From: Octopus vulgaris | Lineage: Eukaryota | NCBI GenBank assembly: GCA_951406725.2 | Contig: OX597830.1 | Coordinates: 31,930,001 to 31,994,000, forward strand | Direction of reading: 5' to 3' | Length of the DNA: 64,000 nt | Shown here: positions 22,281-35,985 of the stretch, in pieces | Layout of the letters: the number at the start of each line of letters is the position of its first letter | Position numbering within the stretch: position 1 is the stretch's first letter | Notes under the pieces: generated by a model | Told to the model about the DNA's origin: nothing | Databases searched by the model: none | Seen by the model: only the letters and a program-made list of their open reading frames with translations | Program-made: the position numbers and the translations under genes

Positions 22281-23701
22281 TATCAGATCTGTTGTACTTA
22301 CTTTTATGTATGTATGTCTGTATGTATATTCGTATATGTGTGCATGTATTTATGCCTCCTTGTCTTGTCATTGTGTAATAGTTGTAAACGATTGTCACCG
22401 TCATACAAGAGGTGCATTCATCTCCAGTCTTCTTCCATGAAATCGTTTCCAGTCATAGGAAAATATGTTAGGTGAGGTGACTGACTAGGAGGGCATCTGA
22501 TTGCATAAAGACTTGCCTCAACAAATTCCATTTGTGTCATGCAAGAACGGGGAAGTGGTCACTAAAATAAGATGATGATGATGATGAGGAGGATTATGAT
22601 GAAGATTATGATGGTGATAATGATGACAATGACGATGGTGGTGGTGGTGGTGGTGGTGATGATGATGATGATGATGATGATGATGAGGAGGAGGAGGAGG
22701 AGGATGCACTGTCCAAAAACAATGCACCTGAGCAATCCATTTCACTTGCAGTTTTCTTGTTACTGTTCATCTTGTCATTAACGTTGGTGCACGTCAAAAA
22801 AAAAAAACAAAACAAAAACACTGATCCCTATTTTATGAACAGAAGGCTGGTATTTATTGAGCCTGCTATTTATCCCCTCATAAACATGGAACATACTCAC
22901 TATTTCTGCTTCTATTTCAGAAAAAGGGAAAAAAAAATTATGTTTTTTTAAGGGATGCTTTTATCTCAACATTAATGTTGGGTTCTCTATTCCGGCCCCT
23001 AATATTTGCAAAAGAATGCTTTCATTCCATCATTAAAATTGAGCATGCTGTCCCTTTCAGCCCAAGTTTACAAACGGAAATCTAGCATTCTTTGTGAGAT
23101 GCACTTTATCCAATTGTTAACATGGGGGCTTCTTATCTAAACTGATCCCTTTTATGGAGGAAAACCTGGTCTATATTTTACGAATGCTAAGACAGTGTTT
23201 GCTGAGGGTTGCTTTTATTCACTTGTTAATATGAGGATGTCTGTCTCTGTTTTATAGACGAAAAGTTGGTGCCTGTTAAGGGAGATATATCTGGCTGATA
23301 CATGAAGCAGGTTGAGTTACTACTATGCAGGAAACGGCATAGTTGGCTCAGACTAATTAAGATGTCAAACAGTGTGCACAGGGACAGAAAATTACACAAG
23401 GTAAAAGAGGGAAAGAGAAGAGAAAGAAACAGATAGAGAAGTAGATAAATAGACAGATAGAGAACTAGAAAGATAGACAGAAAGAGGGGGAGAAGGAGAG
23501 AGAATAATAGAGAGGTGAAGATGGAAATGGAGAGTATGGCAAGGAGAGCTGTGACGAAAGAGGGGAGGAGAGTGTAATTAGGAGAGCAGTAAAACAATAT
23601 CTGGTTAATAAAACAGAGTAAACAGTTGTGGGTCTTGCTTCTTAATGATATTTAAACACTAACAAAGCCTACACTTCTGACAACATAATTAACAAATGAC
23701 A

Positions 23702-23755
<54 letters not shown>

Positions 23756-23958
23756 GCTCACACACTCACACAAATACATGAACAAATATGTGCATGTGTG
23801 TGTGTGTGTGTGTATCTATGTATTACCAGATACCTTTGTCTGTCTGTTTGAATATCCAGGTAAATATAACTATGTACATGTTAGTGTTTGTCTAGCTTGG
23901 GCTCTTTAACAGTATATGTTGTGTGTGTGTGTGTGTTGTGTATGTACACATGTATGTA

Positions 23959-23992
<34 letters not shown>

Positions 23993-24056
23993 GAGCGTAT
24001 ATACATGAATACATACATACATTCATGAATACATATACAGGCACATATATATATAA

Positions 24057-24103
<47 letters not shown>

Positions 24104-24634
24104 TATATATATATATATGAGTATGTATGTATTATATATGTTTGTGTGCATGTGTATGTGTATAATCATACATACATATTTATACAGATACACATATATA
24201 TACACACACACATATATGCACACACAGACATGTGTATAGATGCATTTAAAGTTTCTTGATGCCTGTACACTGTTGAATATATATATATATATGAATAAAT
24301 GCTAGTCTACAGGATGTTGTGGTATCCTGGGAAGTAGTTTTTCCAATGTCTGTATTTTCCATCCAGCTATAGAGGATATAGTTTATGTTTTGTAGTTTTT
24401 ATTTTGAATAAATTTCATAATTTTTTTTAATGATTTAAAAAAAAAAGTTTCTAGTTTTTGTTTTGTCTTTCATACACCTTTTGTTAGTGAATTCCAAGGT
24501 AGCATTAATGATAATCTTTAGCAGAAATGACATCACTGGATTAAGTGGTCTTAACTTTTGGAGTCAAAACTATAAAGATACTTGAAAAAGCAGTTGAAGA
24601 TGGGATGTTACCTGCATCATTGCAGTTTGCTTAA

Positions 24635-25145
24635 ATGATGAATATTTAGATACTATCAAATAATAATGTGGTTCCATTATTGAACATTTAGACAATATCA
24701 ATTAGAGATGAACTTTTAGCCATTGTAAAGACTGTATTTTGGTAATTCAGAAATGAGCATTTAGATAACATATAGACATTATCAAGGCAATAATTTAACA
24801 TTATAATCATAACCACATGGACATTATCAAGGCAGAGAATATTTTAAGGTTTTAATGTTGAATTCCTTGACATTATCATAATAATAGTTTGGTGTTTAAA
24901 TAGTGAATATGTGGATAGCATTTTAACATTATCAGATCAATAATGATCATTCAAATACTATTAAGACCATAGTTTGGAGTTTCAAATATAAACATTAAAA
25001 CATTATCACAACAACAGTTTGGTGTTTCAACAATGAACATTAAGACATTATCAAGGCAATAGTTTGGCATTGCAATCATGATCACATGAACATTATCAGA
25101 GCAATGTTTAAAAATTTCAATAATGAACATTTATACATTATCAGT
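24635..25145. repeat. Degenerate AT-rich minisatellite, ~43-bp unit
   Basis: Recurrent aatgaacattaagacattatcaaggcaatagtttggtgtttc-like units. Confidence 0.7.
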
Positions 25146-25199
25146 TTAATAATTATCATTTCACTGTGGTCCATGCAAAAAAACAAACAAAACAAAACA

Positions 25200-25388
25200 A
25201 CTGTGCTAGTGCCACATAAAAAGCACCCATTACACTCTGTAAAGTGGTTGAGGTTAGGAAGGGCATCCAGCCATAGAAACCAAGCCAGAATAGACAATGG
25301 AACCTGTGGCACAGCTCCCCAGTGTGCCAACTCCTATCTAGCCATCTGACACATGCCAGCAAGGAAAACAGGCATTAAATGATGATGG
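25200..25388 (+). mobile_element. RTE-type 3' tail fragment
   Basis: aaaaagcacccattacactctgtaaagtggttgaggttaggaagggcatccagcc. Confidence 0.7.
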
Positions 25389-25921
25389 CAATGACAATGA
25401 TAATAATGGCGATGACAACGATGGCGGTAGCAATGGTGGAAGTGGTGGTGGTGGCGGCGTTGGAATCGCCGGCGGTGGTGGTGGTATAGGGGATGATGAG
25501 GGTGATGATAATGATGATATTGGTAGAGGTGGTGGTGACGATAATAGCACGAGTATAGTTTTGAAATTTTGATTAAAAATATTTAGACCTTATGAAGACA
25601 ATGTAATTAAGAACACATGGATTCACAATATATCCCAAGATTTCATATTCTTTCACTCAAAGAAGGTCAAAAATGGTAAAGTCCACCCTGGCAGGATTTG
25701 GAACAGGAACACTGAGATGCAGGCATGGTGGTATGGTTAAAAGTTTGTTTCCCAACCACATGGTTCAGGGTTCAGTCTCATCAAAGCCTTGCGAGTGGTA
25801 AACAGAAACCAAAATGAAGCCCTTCATAATATATCTATTTATATATGTGTATGTGTATGTATATATATACATATGTATGTATATATATACATATATATGT
25901 GTGTATGTGTGTGCGTGTGCG

Positions 25922-25954
<33 letters not shown>

Positions 25955-26059
25955 GAATGTGTGTGTGTGTATATATGTATATGTGTGTGTATATATATGC
26001 ATATATGTGTGTATGTATATATATATGTATATATAAGTGTGTGTGTGTGTGTGTGCATG

Positions 26060-26860
26060 TCATCATCATCATCATCATCATTATTGTTTAACGTCCACTT
26101 TCCATGCTAGCATGGGTTGGATGATTTGACTGAGGGCTGGCGAACCAAAAGGCTGCACCTGGCTCCAATCTTGATCTGGCAGAGTTTCTACAGCTGGATG
26201 CCCTTCCTAATGCCAACCACTCTGAGAATGTAGTAGGTGCTTTTACGTGCCATCAGCATGGGGGCCAGTCCAGCGGTACTAGTAATGACCTCACTTGAAT
26301 GATTTTTCACGTGCCAGTAAGGCGACGCTGGTAATGATCATGCTCGAATGGTGCCTTTTACGTGCCATCAGCACGTAAACCAGTTAGCCACTCTGGCAAC
26401 GATCACGCTTGGATGGTGCTCTTGGCACCCCACTAGCACTGGGCATAAGTACCAGTAAGATGACACTGGTAACGATCACACTTAAATGGTGCCTTTTATG
26501 TGCCACTGGCACGGAAGCCAGTTAGCCGCTCTGTCAACAATCACGCTCGTATGGTGCACTTTGTGCCCCACTAGCAAGGATGCCAGTCATTGAATTTGAT
26601 TTCGATTTTAATTGCCTCAACAGTTCTTCGCAAGCAGAGTTTAGTGTCCAAAGAAGGAAAGGTATGCATAAGTGGGCTGGCTACGCCCCCTGGCATAGGC
26701 CACGAGGTTATGGTCTCATTTGGCTTACCGGGTCTTCTCAAGCACAGCATATTTCCAAAAGTCTCGGTCACTAGTCATTGCCTTGATGAGGCCTAATGTT
26801 CGAAGGTCATGCTTCACCACTTCATCCCAGGTTTTCCTGGGTCTACCTCTTCCACAGGTA
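26060..26860 (-). mobile_element. RTE-clade LINE 3' end (ORF C-terminus, 3' UTR and (GAT)n tail)
   Basis: TCGRGRPRKTWDEVVKHDLRTLGLIKAMTSDRDFWKYAVLEKTR* matches the RTE C-terminal GRPRKTW...DR..W motif. Confidence 0.9.
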
Positions 26861-26862
26861 AA

Positions 26863-26896
<34 letters not shown>

Positions 26897-26907
<11 letters not shown>

Positions 26908-27078
26908 TATCGCCATACTAATATGGCATTCTTATAAAAATAAGAAAAAAGCTGTCCGCTTATTAGCTCCATGAGGCCATCGCCTTAAGTTAGCTATTTG
27001 ATACACAAACACAAAGCGGACAGCTTTTTTCTTATTTTTATAAGAATGCCATATTAGTATGGCGATAACTATTATTTT
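26897..27078. repeat. Perfect 65-bp inverted repeat with 52-bp spacer, in (TA)n
   Basis: 26897-26961 is the exact reverse complement of 27014-27078. Confidence 0.95.
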
Positions 27079-27126
27079 CCGGGAACGCTGCCACTGTTCT
27101 CTTTTAGAGAGACTTAGTTATTTTAA

Positions 27127-27171
<45 letters not shown>

Positions 27172-27242
27172 TTTTATTATTTTATATGTTTCAGTCCAAT
27201 GACTGTGGCCATGCTGGAGCACTGCCATGGTGGAGCACTACC

Positions 27243-27295
<53 letters not shown>

Positions 27296-28090
27296 CATAT
27301 ATATAGACACGCACAAAAGAAAAAAAAAACGACTGAACGGTCAGCATTAGTATATCTTTGATTAGAGATTACTCTTTGAACAGGACTGATAGAGCTGGTA
27401 AAAGTGAGTGGCAGGCAGGGTGGTTTTGGGTTGGTGGGCAGCTACACAATGACAGTCCAATACTAATAATTCTGTCATAATCATCATCATTATCATCATC
27501 AGCAGCAGCAGCAGCCCAGCACCAAACCCTTGCTCTGAGTTGATTTGGAAAATATAGAAATGAAAATTTAATGTATTGAAAAATCTGATATTAAAATGGT
27601 AATAGTGGAAGTTTCACTCTCATTACACCATTCTGTCAAAACACTGATAATGGAGTATGTATGTGTCTTTGAGTATATGTACCTGTGTGTGTGTGTAATG
27701 TGTGTAATGGGTGTGAAAGACGGTTGGTCGGTTAAGAGAAGGGGAGGGGGGAAGAAAACAGTGTGAGTGTTTGCAGGTATGTGTGTATGTGTAGGAGCCT
27801 ATGCGCATATGTGGTGTGTGCATGTCTGTGTATGTATGTATGTATATGTGTTGGGGGGCGAGATGAAATGAGACACTAACCAAACGACCTCCTAGAGATT
27901 AACCAACAAAAATGAATAAACAACAACAACAATAACAGCAATATTAACAACAAAAGTAACAACAAAAATAATAACATGAAAAAGAAAGAAAATTGAAGAA
28001 AGACATAAATATTGAATGGCAATTTAATTAGGGACTTGAATTTTGTTTTACCAAACTATTTCATTCATAAGATCATACATACATACACAC

Positions 28091-28172
<82 letters not shown>

Positions 28173-28743
28173 TATATACATTTATACAGATGTATATATG
28201 CATAATTATTAATATAAATATTTAAGCACACACATATGTATTTATACATATAGATGTACATATTTATGTATAAATTGTTGTATATAAATTTTGCATATGT
28301 CTATTATATAAATATACACATATCTATGTATCTACGTGTTTATAAATATAGATATCATCGAAATGTATGCATACACACACACTCATATAGATATATATTT
28401 ATATGTACTTATATATCAGAAAATAAATAACAAGCAACACAACGGGGAGTCATTCAATTTAAATTTCAATCTAGACCACTGTGATGGTGATGACAAAAGT
28501 AAGGGCTAACTGTACTGTTCTGGGCGTCTCTCATACAACCTCATCTTTCCATAGCAACGTTCCTTTGACCAAGATGCAATCGTGGGTCAAGAATCAACCA
28601 GCATTTGGTGCTTGGCTTTTAGAATGTCGCCAGGTCTTTGCAATATTACAGCAGCTGGACAAAGCTATCTGTGGCAAATCAACTCCAGATTTCCATCAAG
28701 GGAAATGATGGCTTTCAATTTACTCTGGGTACCAACGAAAACT

Positions 28744-28995
28744 GGAGGCACGTGGCTTAATGGTTAGGGTGTTTGACTCATAATTGTAAGATTGTGGTTT
28801 CAGTTCCTGGATGGGGGTGACACATTGTGTTCTTGAGCAAAAGCACTTCATTTCACGTTGTTTCAGTTCACTCAACTGGTAAAATATGAGTAATCTTCTG
28901 ATGGACTAGCTTCTCATCCAGGTGGGGAATATATACGCCATGGAAATCAAGAAACCAGCCCTTATGAATTTATACAACTCAGGAGGGAACTTTAC
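28744..28995 (+). mobile_element. tRNA-derived SINE family D (CORE/V-SINE-like)
   Basis: ggaggcacgtggcttaatggttagggtg...tgtgttcttgagcaaaagcacttc...gatggactagc. Other copies at 31520-31745 and 63185-63404. Confidence 0.75.
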
Positions 28996-29536
28996 TTCGT
29001 TTTTACCAATGTAAACACTTTGAGTAGATTTTGGGGTGAGGAGGGCAGCCTTCAGATCAGGGATTATGAACAAGTTGCTAAAACCTTTGGTATGGTCTTG
29101 CTACAAGGGAGAGTACTGCCTCTTTAAGGCAAGGTGAGTAGTCATTACAAGGCTATGAAAAATAGCCTTTACCCATGAGGGCCATGTAGTGGGCTCAAAA
29201 TCATGATATCTCAATTACAAAATTGAACTTTTTGACCATTTTGCCATGCTGCCTGCATTTACCATTTCACTATCATCATCGTCATCGCCATCATCATTGC
29301 TGTCACTGTCATCACTGTCATCGTCATCATCGTCGTCGTCGTCATCAATATCATCATAATCATCACCATCATCGTCATCGTCATCCTCATCATTATCATC
29401 ATCATCATTGACATCGTCCTTGTCATTGTCACAGCTGTAATTATCATCATCATTGTTGCCGTCATCATCACCATCATCATCAGCAGTAGCAGCATCACCA
29501 TTATAATCATCAGCATCGTCATTGTCATCATCGTTG

Positions 29537-29577
29537 TCATGATGCGAGTAATAACGACGGAGGCAGTGATTTTACAA
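29537..29577 (-). other. Candidate short terminal exon
   Basis: cactgat...caccatttcctgtcag|. Phase 1 reads xVKSLPPSLLLAS*; CpG-containing unique patch. Confidence 0.15.
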
Positions 29578-30097
29578 CTGACAGGAAATGGTGATCGTAA
29601 CATCAGTGACATTTATTGTTGTTATATAATCCTAAATTGACAACAATCAAACAGACATATAATCAAAGACGTTCCCAACATGACCATTCCACTTTTTGCT
29701 CAAACACCATATTTAAGACTACATCATTATCTAATATTGTTTAAAGACTGAACTGTGGCATTTGCAGGAAACAAACACCACCTATCATTAACGTAACCAG
29801 AACTGGAACACCAATAAAACAGTTTACAAAAATGGTTTATTGTGGTTTTATGCAATCTGTAAACGGTAAGTATGGAACTAGAAATTAGATGAAGAATAGA
29901 AATTGCATGAAAGACATTTGGAAACATGTCAAAATATTTAGCATCAAGGAATATATATAAGCAGTAATCCTTCGCCTAATTGCGGTTCACCTATCACAGT
30001 TTATTATTTAAGCTTACAGCGATTCCGCTGTGGTGTTGTTTTGCATTCATAATAAAAGAAATATATACAAATTATAAAAATGATTTTTAAAAAATAT

Positions 30098-30717
30098 ACA
30101 GTAGGAGTGGCTGTGTGGTAAGTAGCTTGCTTACCAGCCACATGGTTCCGGGTTCAGTCCCACTGTGTGGCACCTTCTGCAAGTATCTTCTGCTATAGCC
30201 TCAGGTTGACCAAAACCTTGTGAGTGGATTTGGTAGACGGAAACTGAAAGAAGCCTGTCATATATATAGACCCTACTACATGTCTAAATACAAGGACAGA
30301 GCTTTTCGGATCATGCCCACATGTGACTAAATTTCTGTTACGTTTTTGGTCCCCTAAAGAAAACAGATAGAACATGCTTTCTATGTTATGTCCCAAGAAG
30401 AATTTATATATTTTTATATATTTTTATATATTTTTTATATATTTTTTATGTATTTTTATATAATTTTTACATAATTTTTATGATGAAAAATATGAGCGAT
30501 GTATAAGTACGCAGGCAAGCAGAGTTATAACAGAGTAATTTCCCTTTATTTAACGGTATTTTTTCATAACGTTTTCAAATAGCCAGATAACCGAAGAGAT
30601 GGTGTTGTGGATTTCCACTTCGGCATCTGAAACTCAGAGTTTTATCTTGACTACCGAGTAATGTAACATATTGTATAGATATATATATATATACATGTGT
30701 GTGTGTATGTGTGTGTG

Positions 30718-30752
<35 letters not shown>

Positions 30753-30945
30753 GTTTGTCCCCCCAAATCGCTTGACAACCAATGCTGGTGTGTTTACATC
30801 CCCATAACTTAGCTGTTCGGTAAAAGAGACTGATAGAATAAGTGCTAGGCTTCCAAAGAATAAGTCCTGGGGTCAATTTGCTCGACTAAAGACTGTGCTC
30901 TAGCATGGCCACAGTCAAATGACTGAAACAAGTAAAAGAGTAGAG
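30098..30945 (+). mobile_element. SINE family A with a ~400-bp HHR-bearing insertion in its internal microsatellite
   Basis: Head 30098-30265, 3' half 30690-30945. Confidence 0.85.
30585..30647 (+). ncRNA. Type I hammerhead motif (U4C variant, long stem II)
   Basis: agataa-CCGAAGA-gatg...gtgg(attt)ccac...catc-t-GAAA-ctcagag-TT-ttatct. Perfect 6-bp stem I. Confidence 0.65.
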
Positions 30946-31039
30946 TACTGTTTCTACCTTGGGGATTTTCATCTATCATGGTGCGGGGTGGAATATAACA
31001 CCTGCATTAGTTGAGGGATTACTGTAATGTGTTGAGTCG

Positions 31040-32080
31040 AAAGTTTTGCAATGTTTTGGTAGCTTATTTTTTTTGTTCTTGCACCATCTGAAGACACCTT
31101 TCAGCCAGTTCTTTGATTCCATGCTGATACCAGTTCTTATCTTTTGAGGTGAAGAAACTCTTTTGCTGAAGCTTCAACCTCTGCTTGGTTGATGAATTTT
31201 TGTAAGCGCAGGAAGTGAGCCATGGATTGGGACAAGTAATAATCCAAGGGAGCTAGGTCTGGACTATGTGCTGGGTCTGGAATCAGTTCAATTCCTGCAA
31301 GTTCCTGGAGTTTATATCCAGGTCATTTGAGTGGTATGGGGTCTTGCATTGTCTTGTCGCAGAAAAGCTCGCTTTCTGTTAATCAATGCCACACATTTTT
31401 GCTGCACATTGGTATACACCCATGAGATATTGCACTCTCCTGATACTCTCTACGTGTTGGATTTTCCACCTTTGACCTGGAACACAGCCATGGAACCCCT
31501 AGTTTTAGGCCTACCTCTTCATGAGTCATACCAACTCATAAGGGCCAGTTTCCATGACATATATATATTCTCCAGCTGGATGGGACACCAGTCCACCACA
31601 GGATAACTCAGTTTTGCAAGCTGGGGTGGCTGGATCAATGTGAAATGAAGTGTTTTGCTCAAGAGCAAAATGCATCACCTGGTCCAGGAATCGAAACCAC
31701 AATCTCACAATCATGAGTCCAACACCCTAACCACTAAGCCAAATGTCTCCGCTTTAGGCCTACCTGACTTTGCCTAATTGCCAAAGTCCTTGCTGCCCTA
31801 AGCAAAATTTCTCGAACCATCTGGTTCCAGATCAATTGTAATTTCACCTTTTGCACAACAAATGTTTCTGGTTGCTTACACAGCATTATGGTGCAGTTGA
31901 AACATGTGATGCATAAGTTCCTCAATTCGGTTGTGTTGCACATTTATCTGTGTGCCTTTGAAATCACATACAGAGTGAAACAATGCATAATGTGTCAGTG
32001 CTCAAACTACCACGATACTACGAACCCCAGGGATTACCTTCCATGGTTTGAACTACTTTAGTCATGTGATGTACATGCTG
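31040..32080 (-). mobile_element. Decayed mariner element interrupted by a SINE D
   Basis: C-terminal part RQDNARPHT...IELIPDPAHSPDLAPLDYYLSQSMAHFL (31050-31430); N-terminal part ...TRWFEKFC...SGRPK (31745-32045). Confidence 0.8.
31520..31745 (-). mobile_element. SINE family D
   Basis: Reverse complement of the 28744-28995 family. Confidence 0.75.
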
Positions 32081-32109
32081 CAAACTACTAGCACATCATC
32101 ACCATCATC

Positions 32110-32445
32110 ACCGTCATCATCATTTAACATCCTTCTTCCATACTGGCATAGGTTGGACAGTTTGACATATGTTCCAAACTTCTATCTCTGTTTTGGCATG
32201 GTTTTCTTTTTTATGGTTGGATGCCCTTCCTAACACCAACCACTTTGCAGAGTTGATTAAGTGCTTTTTATGAAGTACCAGTAACACCCAATGGTCCTGA
32301 GGCTTTCCCTATCGCTATATCCTTAATTGCCTTATCAATTATACTGCTATCAACTCTGATGGCTGGTCCCTCAATTGGCTCGATATTTGAAAGACTCTCC
32401 TTCTCCAGTTCATTTTCCACATTTAGTAACCTTTCACAGTGCCAT
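32110..32445 (-). mobile_element. RTE LINE fragments (internal ORF piece joined to 3' tail)
   Basis: IEGPAIRVDSSIIDKAIKDIAIGKASGPLGV matches the pre-RT ..K.GKA.G..G motif; followed by the tail motif. Confidence 0.65.
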
Positions 32446-32452
32446 GCAAATA

Positions 32453-32635
32453 TTCTTTTCTACTCTAGGCACAAGGCCTGAAATTTTGGGGGAGGGGCCC
32501 AATCGATTAGATCGACCCTGGTATGCAACTGGTACATAATTTATTGATTCTGAAAGGATGAAAGGCAAAGTCGACCTTAGTGGAATTTGAACTCAGAATG
32601 TAAAGACAGATGAAATACCACTAAGTGTTTTGCCT
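32453..32635 (-). mobile_element. SINE family B
   Basis: Homology to 10216-10448. Confidence 0.8.
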
Positions 32636-32734
32636 GCAAAACTTTTGACTGACCTCAAATGAAACATATATATATGTTATGTATGGTCCACACTGTTATA
32701 TGGTGCAAAACATTTCTATATTAAATTATATCAT

Positions 32735-33180
32735 TATTATTATGCTGTATGAGAGGGGGACATGGTGTCTGAGAGAAAGCAAAATGGCAATTTTGAGAAG
32801 GACCAAATGAGAAATGGTAAGAGCAATGTGTGGTGTAAAACAATTGAATAAAAAGAGGGCTGAGGACTTGATAGGGATACTGGGGTTGCATAATTCGGTG
32901 GAACAGCAGGCAAGGGTGAATGGAGTGTGGTGGTATGTTGATGAGAGATGAGGATAATGTTCTGAGGAGAATGCTTGAGTTTAAAGCGAATGAACCGTGA
33001 AAAGGAGGTCACCCAAAGAAAACATGAAGGGGACAAGTGGAGGACTAGATTGGGAGGGTTGGCTTGAGGTGGGAGGATGCCCAAAACTGGGTGAGATGGC
33101 AAAATAGTGTGAGAGCGGTTGCTATAAGAGTGAGGTAGATCTGGCCACCCTTGTTAACATGGACAAACCTGAATTTAAAA
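32735..33180 (+). mobile_element. Decayed RTE-clade LINE 3' ORF fragment
   Basis: ..TWCLRESKMAILRRTK*EMVRAMCGVK...VWWY..DEDNVLRR...WEDAQNWVRW. Confidence 0.8.
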
Positions 33181-33589
33181 TATTGCACCAATGTAAGGTG
33201 CAAAAACATACATTGATAAAAACTCTTACAAATTGGAAGTGCTTGAAATGTGGACAGAAAACTGAATGTGAAGAATATCTTGGGCAAAATATAAAACTAA
33301 TGAAGTGTTGCAACAAGCAGATACAAAAAGATTGCTACTTTCAACTGTTAACCATTTCACTTTGGAAATCAGATAAATCCAATCAAAATTACATTACTCT
33401 TAATTGCGGAAAGCAATTTTACTTATCAATTTTTGTCTTTTGTTGAAGAATGTCGTATCTGAAACTATTTTTTGCTGAGATATGTCAAGTTTATTGAAGT
33501 AACATAGCTTGCAGAAAAACATCAGTTGTATTTCTTTGGTAGATATTTGACATCTTAACTGGAATAACAATGAAATTTGATTTCACAGT

Positions 33590-33815
33590 TAAGGGAATAA
33601 AAAAATTAAGCTAAAATACTTTGGCCACACTGTAAGAGGCAAAGTTTTACATAGACTATCTCTATAAGGAATGACAAATGGCAAATGTTTAAGCAGAAGA
33701 CCTAGAACAGACTGGTTTGATAACATCATGGACTGGAGTAAACTATCGTATGGTAGACTAGAATGGAAACCCTTGATTTTCAACCTGTCGAGAACAGATG
33801 GTACCTAATGGTAAT
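33590..33815 (+). mobile_element. Decayed RTE/BovB-like LINE C-terminal fragment
   Basis: KKIKLKYFGHTVRGKVLHRLSL*GMTNGKCLSRRPRTDWFDNIMDWS. Confidence 0.75.
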
Positions 33816-34906
33816 GATGTTTGAAGACAACAGGTACTTAAGTAAGATCTAACAGTTATTTCTAACAGGTCAAACATCCATAGAAAGACTTCCACATTGT
33901 TGTAGCTATTGTTGCTTAGGCCAAGGTCATTCCTGATTGAGTAGATATATGATCAATGACATTCCAGATGTGACCATCTCGTGTCAGTTTGAATAAGCAT
34001 TATCCAACATATCCTTTTCTGAGATGGTTTTGGTATGAGTTGATGGAGATTTGGCTGTTATTTCTAGTCACTCTAGTGTCCACATGGGATACATTCTTGT
34101 TCTTGTTGCCACTGTTGGTGATCGTAGTGATAGTTGTGGTGCTGGTGATTCTGATAGTGATGGTGGTGGTGGTGGTGGTGATGGTAGTGATGACGGTGGC
34201 GAGAATGGTGATGAAGATGATGGATATAGTGGTAGCTGTGATTGTGATGGTGATGGTGGTGGTGGTGGTGGTGGTGCTGAGTGTGGTGGTGATGATTGTA
34301 GTGGTGGTGGGGATAGTGGTGGTGGTGGTGGTGGTAGTGGTGGTGGAGGTGATGGTGGTGGCGATGGTGGCAATGGTGGCGGGTAGCAGTGGTAGTGATA
34401 ATGATGACGGCCATGGTAATGACAGCAATGGTGGTGGTGGTGGTGGTGGTGGTGGTGGTGGTGAAGGCGGCGGCGGCGGCAACAGAAGTGGCAGCAGTGG
34501 TGATGGCCATAGCGGATTTCCTTCTCCTAACAATTAAAAGGCACATGCACAAGATGTGGCTGTGACGCAGCCGCCATTCATTCCACAAAGGCTTTGGGTG
34601 CAGACCACAATCTTGTTCTTAGTGGCATCATTAACAGCAGAGGTGCCGGCGTTGGCAGTGGTGTTCGATGGTGGTGGTGGTGGTGATGACGGCGAGGATG
34701 GTGTTGTTGTTGACAACAGTTGCAAAGGATTGGAGGTGTTAATAACACATATCACCATAACATCAAAACCATTCTGTACATGATTGTTAATTCTCATTCC
34801 ATTAACTTCACAATTCTTCGCTCTTAATTCAATTTCTTTAGTTTGTTTAATAGATTCATATAGATAAATAGGAATGTATATATTAGTCTTGTACGTCTAC
34901 ATGTGT

Positions 34907-35056
<150 letters not shown>

Positions 35057-35151
35057 ATATATATCTATTTATATGTATGTCTATGTGTGTGTTTTTGCAA
35101 TTGTGTTTGTGAATATGTAGGTGTGAAATAATATGTGTGTGTGTAAGTATG

Positions 35152-35222
<71 letters not shown>

Positions 35223-35916
35223 CACTATCACGTATGTTAATCTAATTTATTTATATCTAATCTAATTTGTGTATTTATGTTTCCATAAACATACACACAC
35301 ACACACACACACACACACGTACATACATATTTGTACATAAGTACACAACATCACACCTATATAGATATATATATATATATATATGTTTGTATGTGTATAT
35401 GTATGGATATAGGTATTCATGTATATATTTAGATTTCAAGTTTTTAACACACTAATTGACGTGTTTGCGTGTGTGTGTGCGTGTGTTTGTCTGTGTGTGT
35501 GTGCACGTCTAAGAGCATTTACATATGTATACACAAATAAACTATATGAGAGTGTTCTTGTGTATAACTAGTTATTTATATAAATACATACGTCTCAATG
35601 CCTACATGTCTGTCATCCTGCTTGCATGTATCAATGTATAATTAGTTTTGTGTACGACAATACAACAACAAAACCATCAAAATGAACAAAACACACACAC
35701 ACACACACATACACACATACACATATACGCACACACATAGATGCATGCAGGCATATATACACACCCCACATGCACACACATGTATTCCAATATAAATAAA
35801 TACAAAAATCTGAAGATGCAAATGTAACAAGGAATAATTATATCATATACTGATATAATAAATATAGACATATAAGCAACAGAGGTAGATGCACAGTTGC
35901 TCAGTCACATGTTGAT

Positions 35917-35985
<69 letters not shown>

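Noticed and set aside
34534-34797. 87-aa minus ORF ending in Cys-rich CTQSLCGMNGGCVTATSCACAF
   Set aside because: No splice signals, signal peptide or recognisable domain; embedded in a triplet mosaic that keeps frames open.
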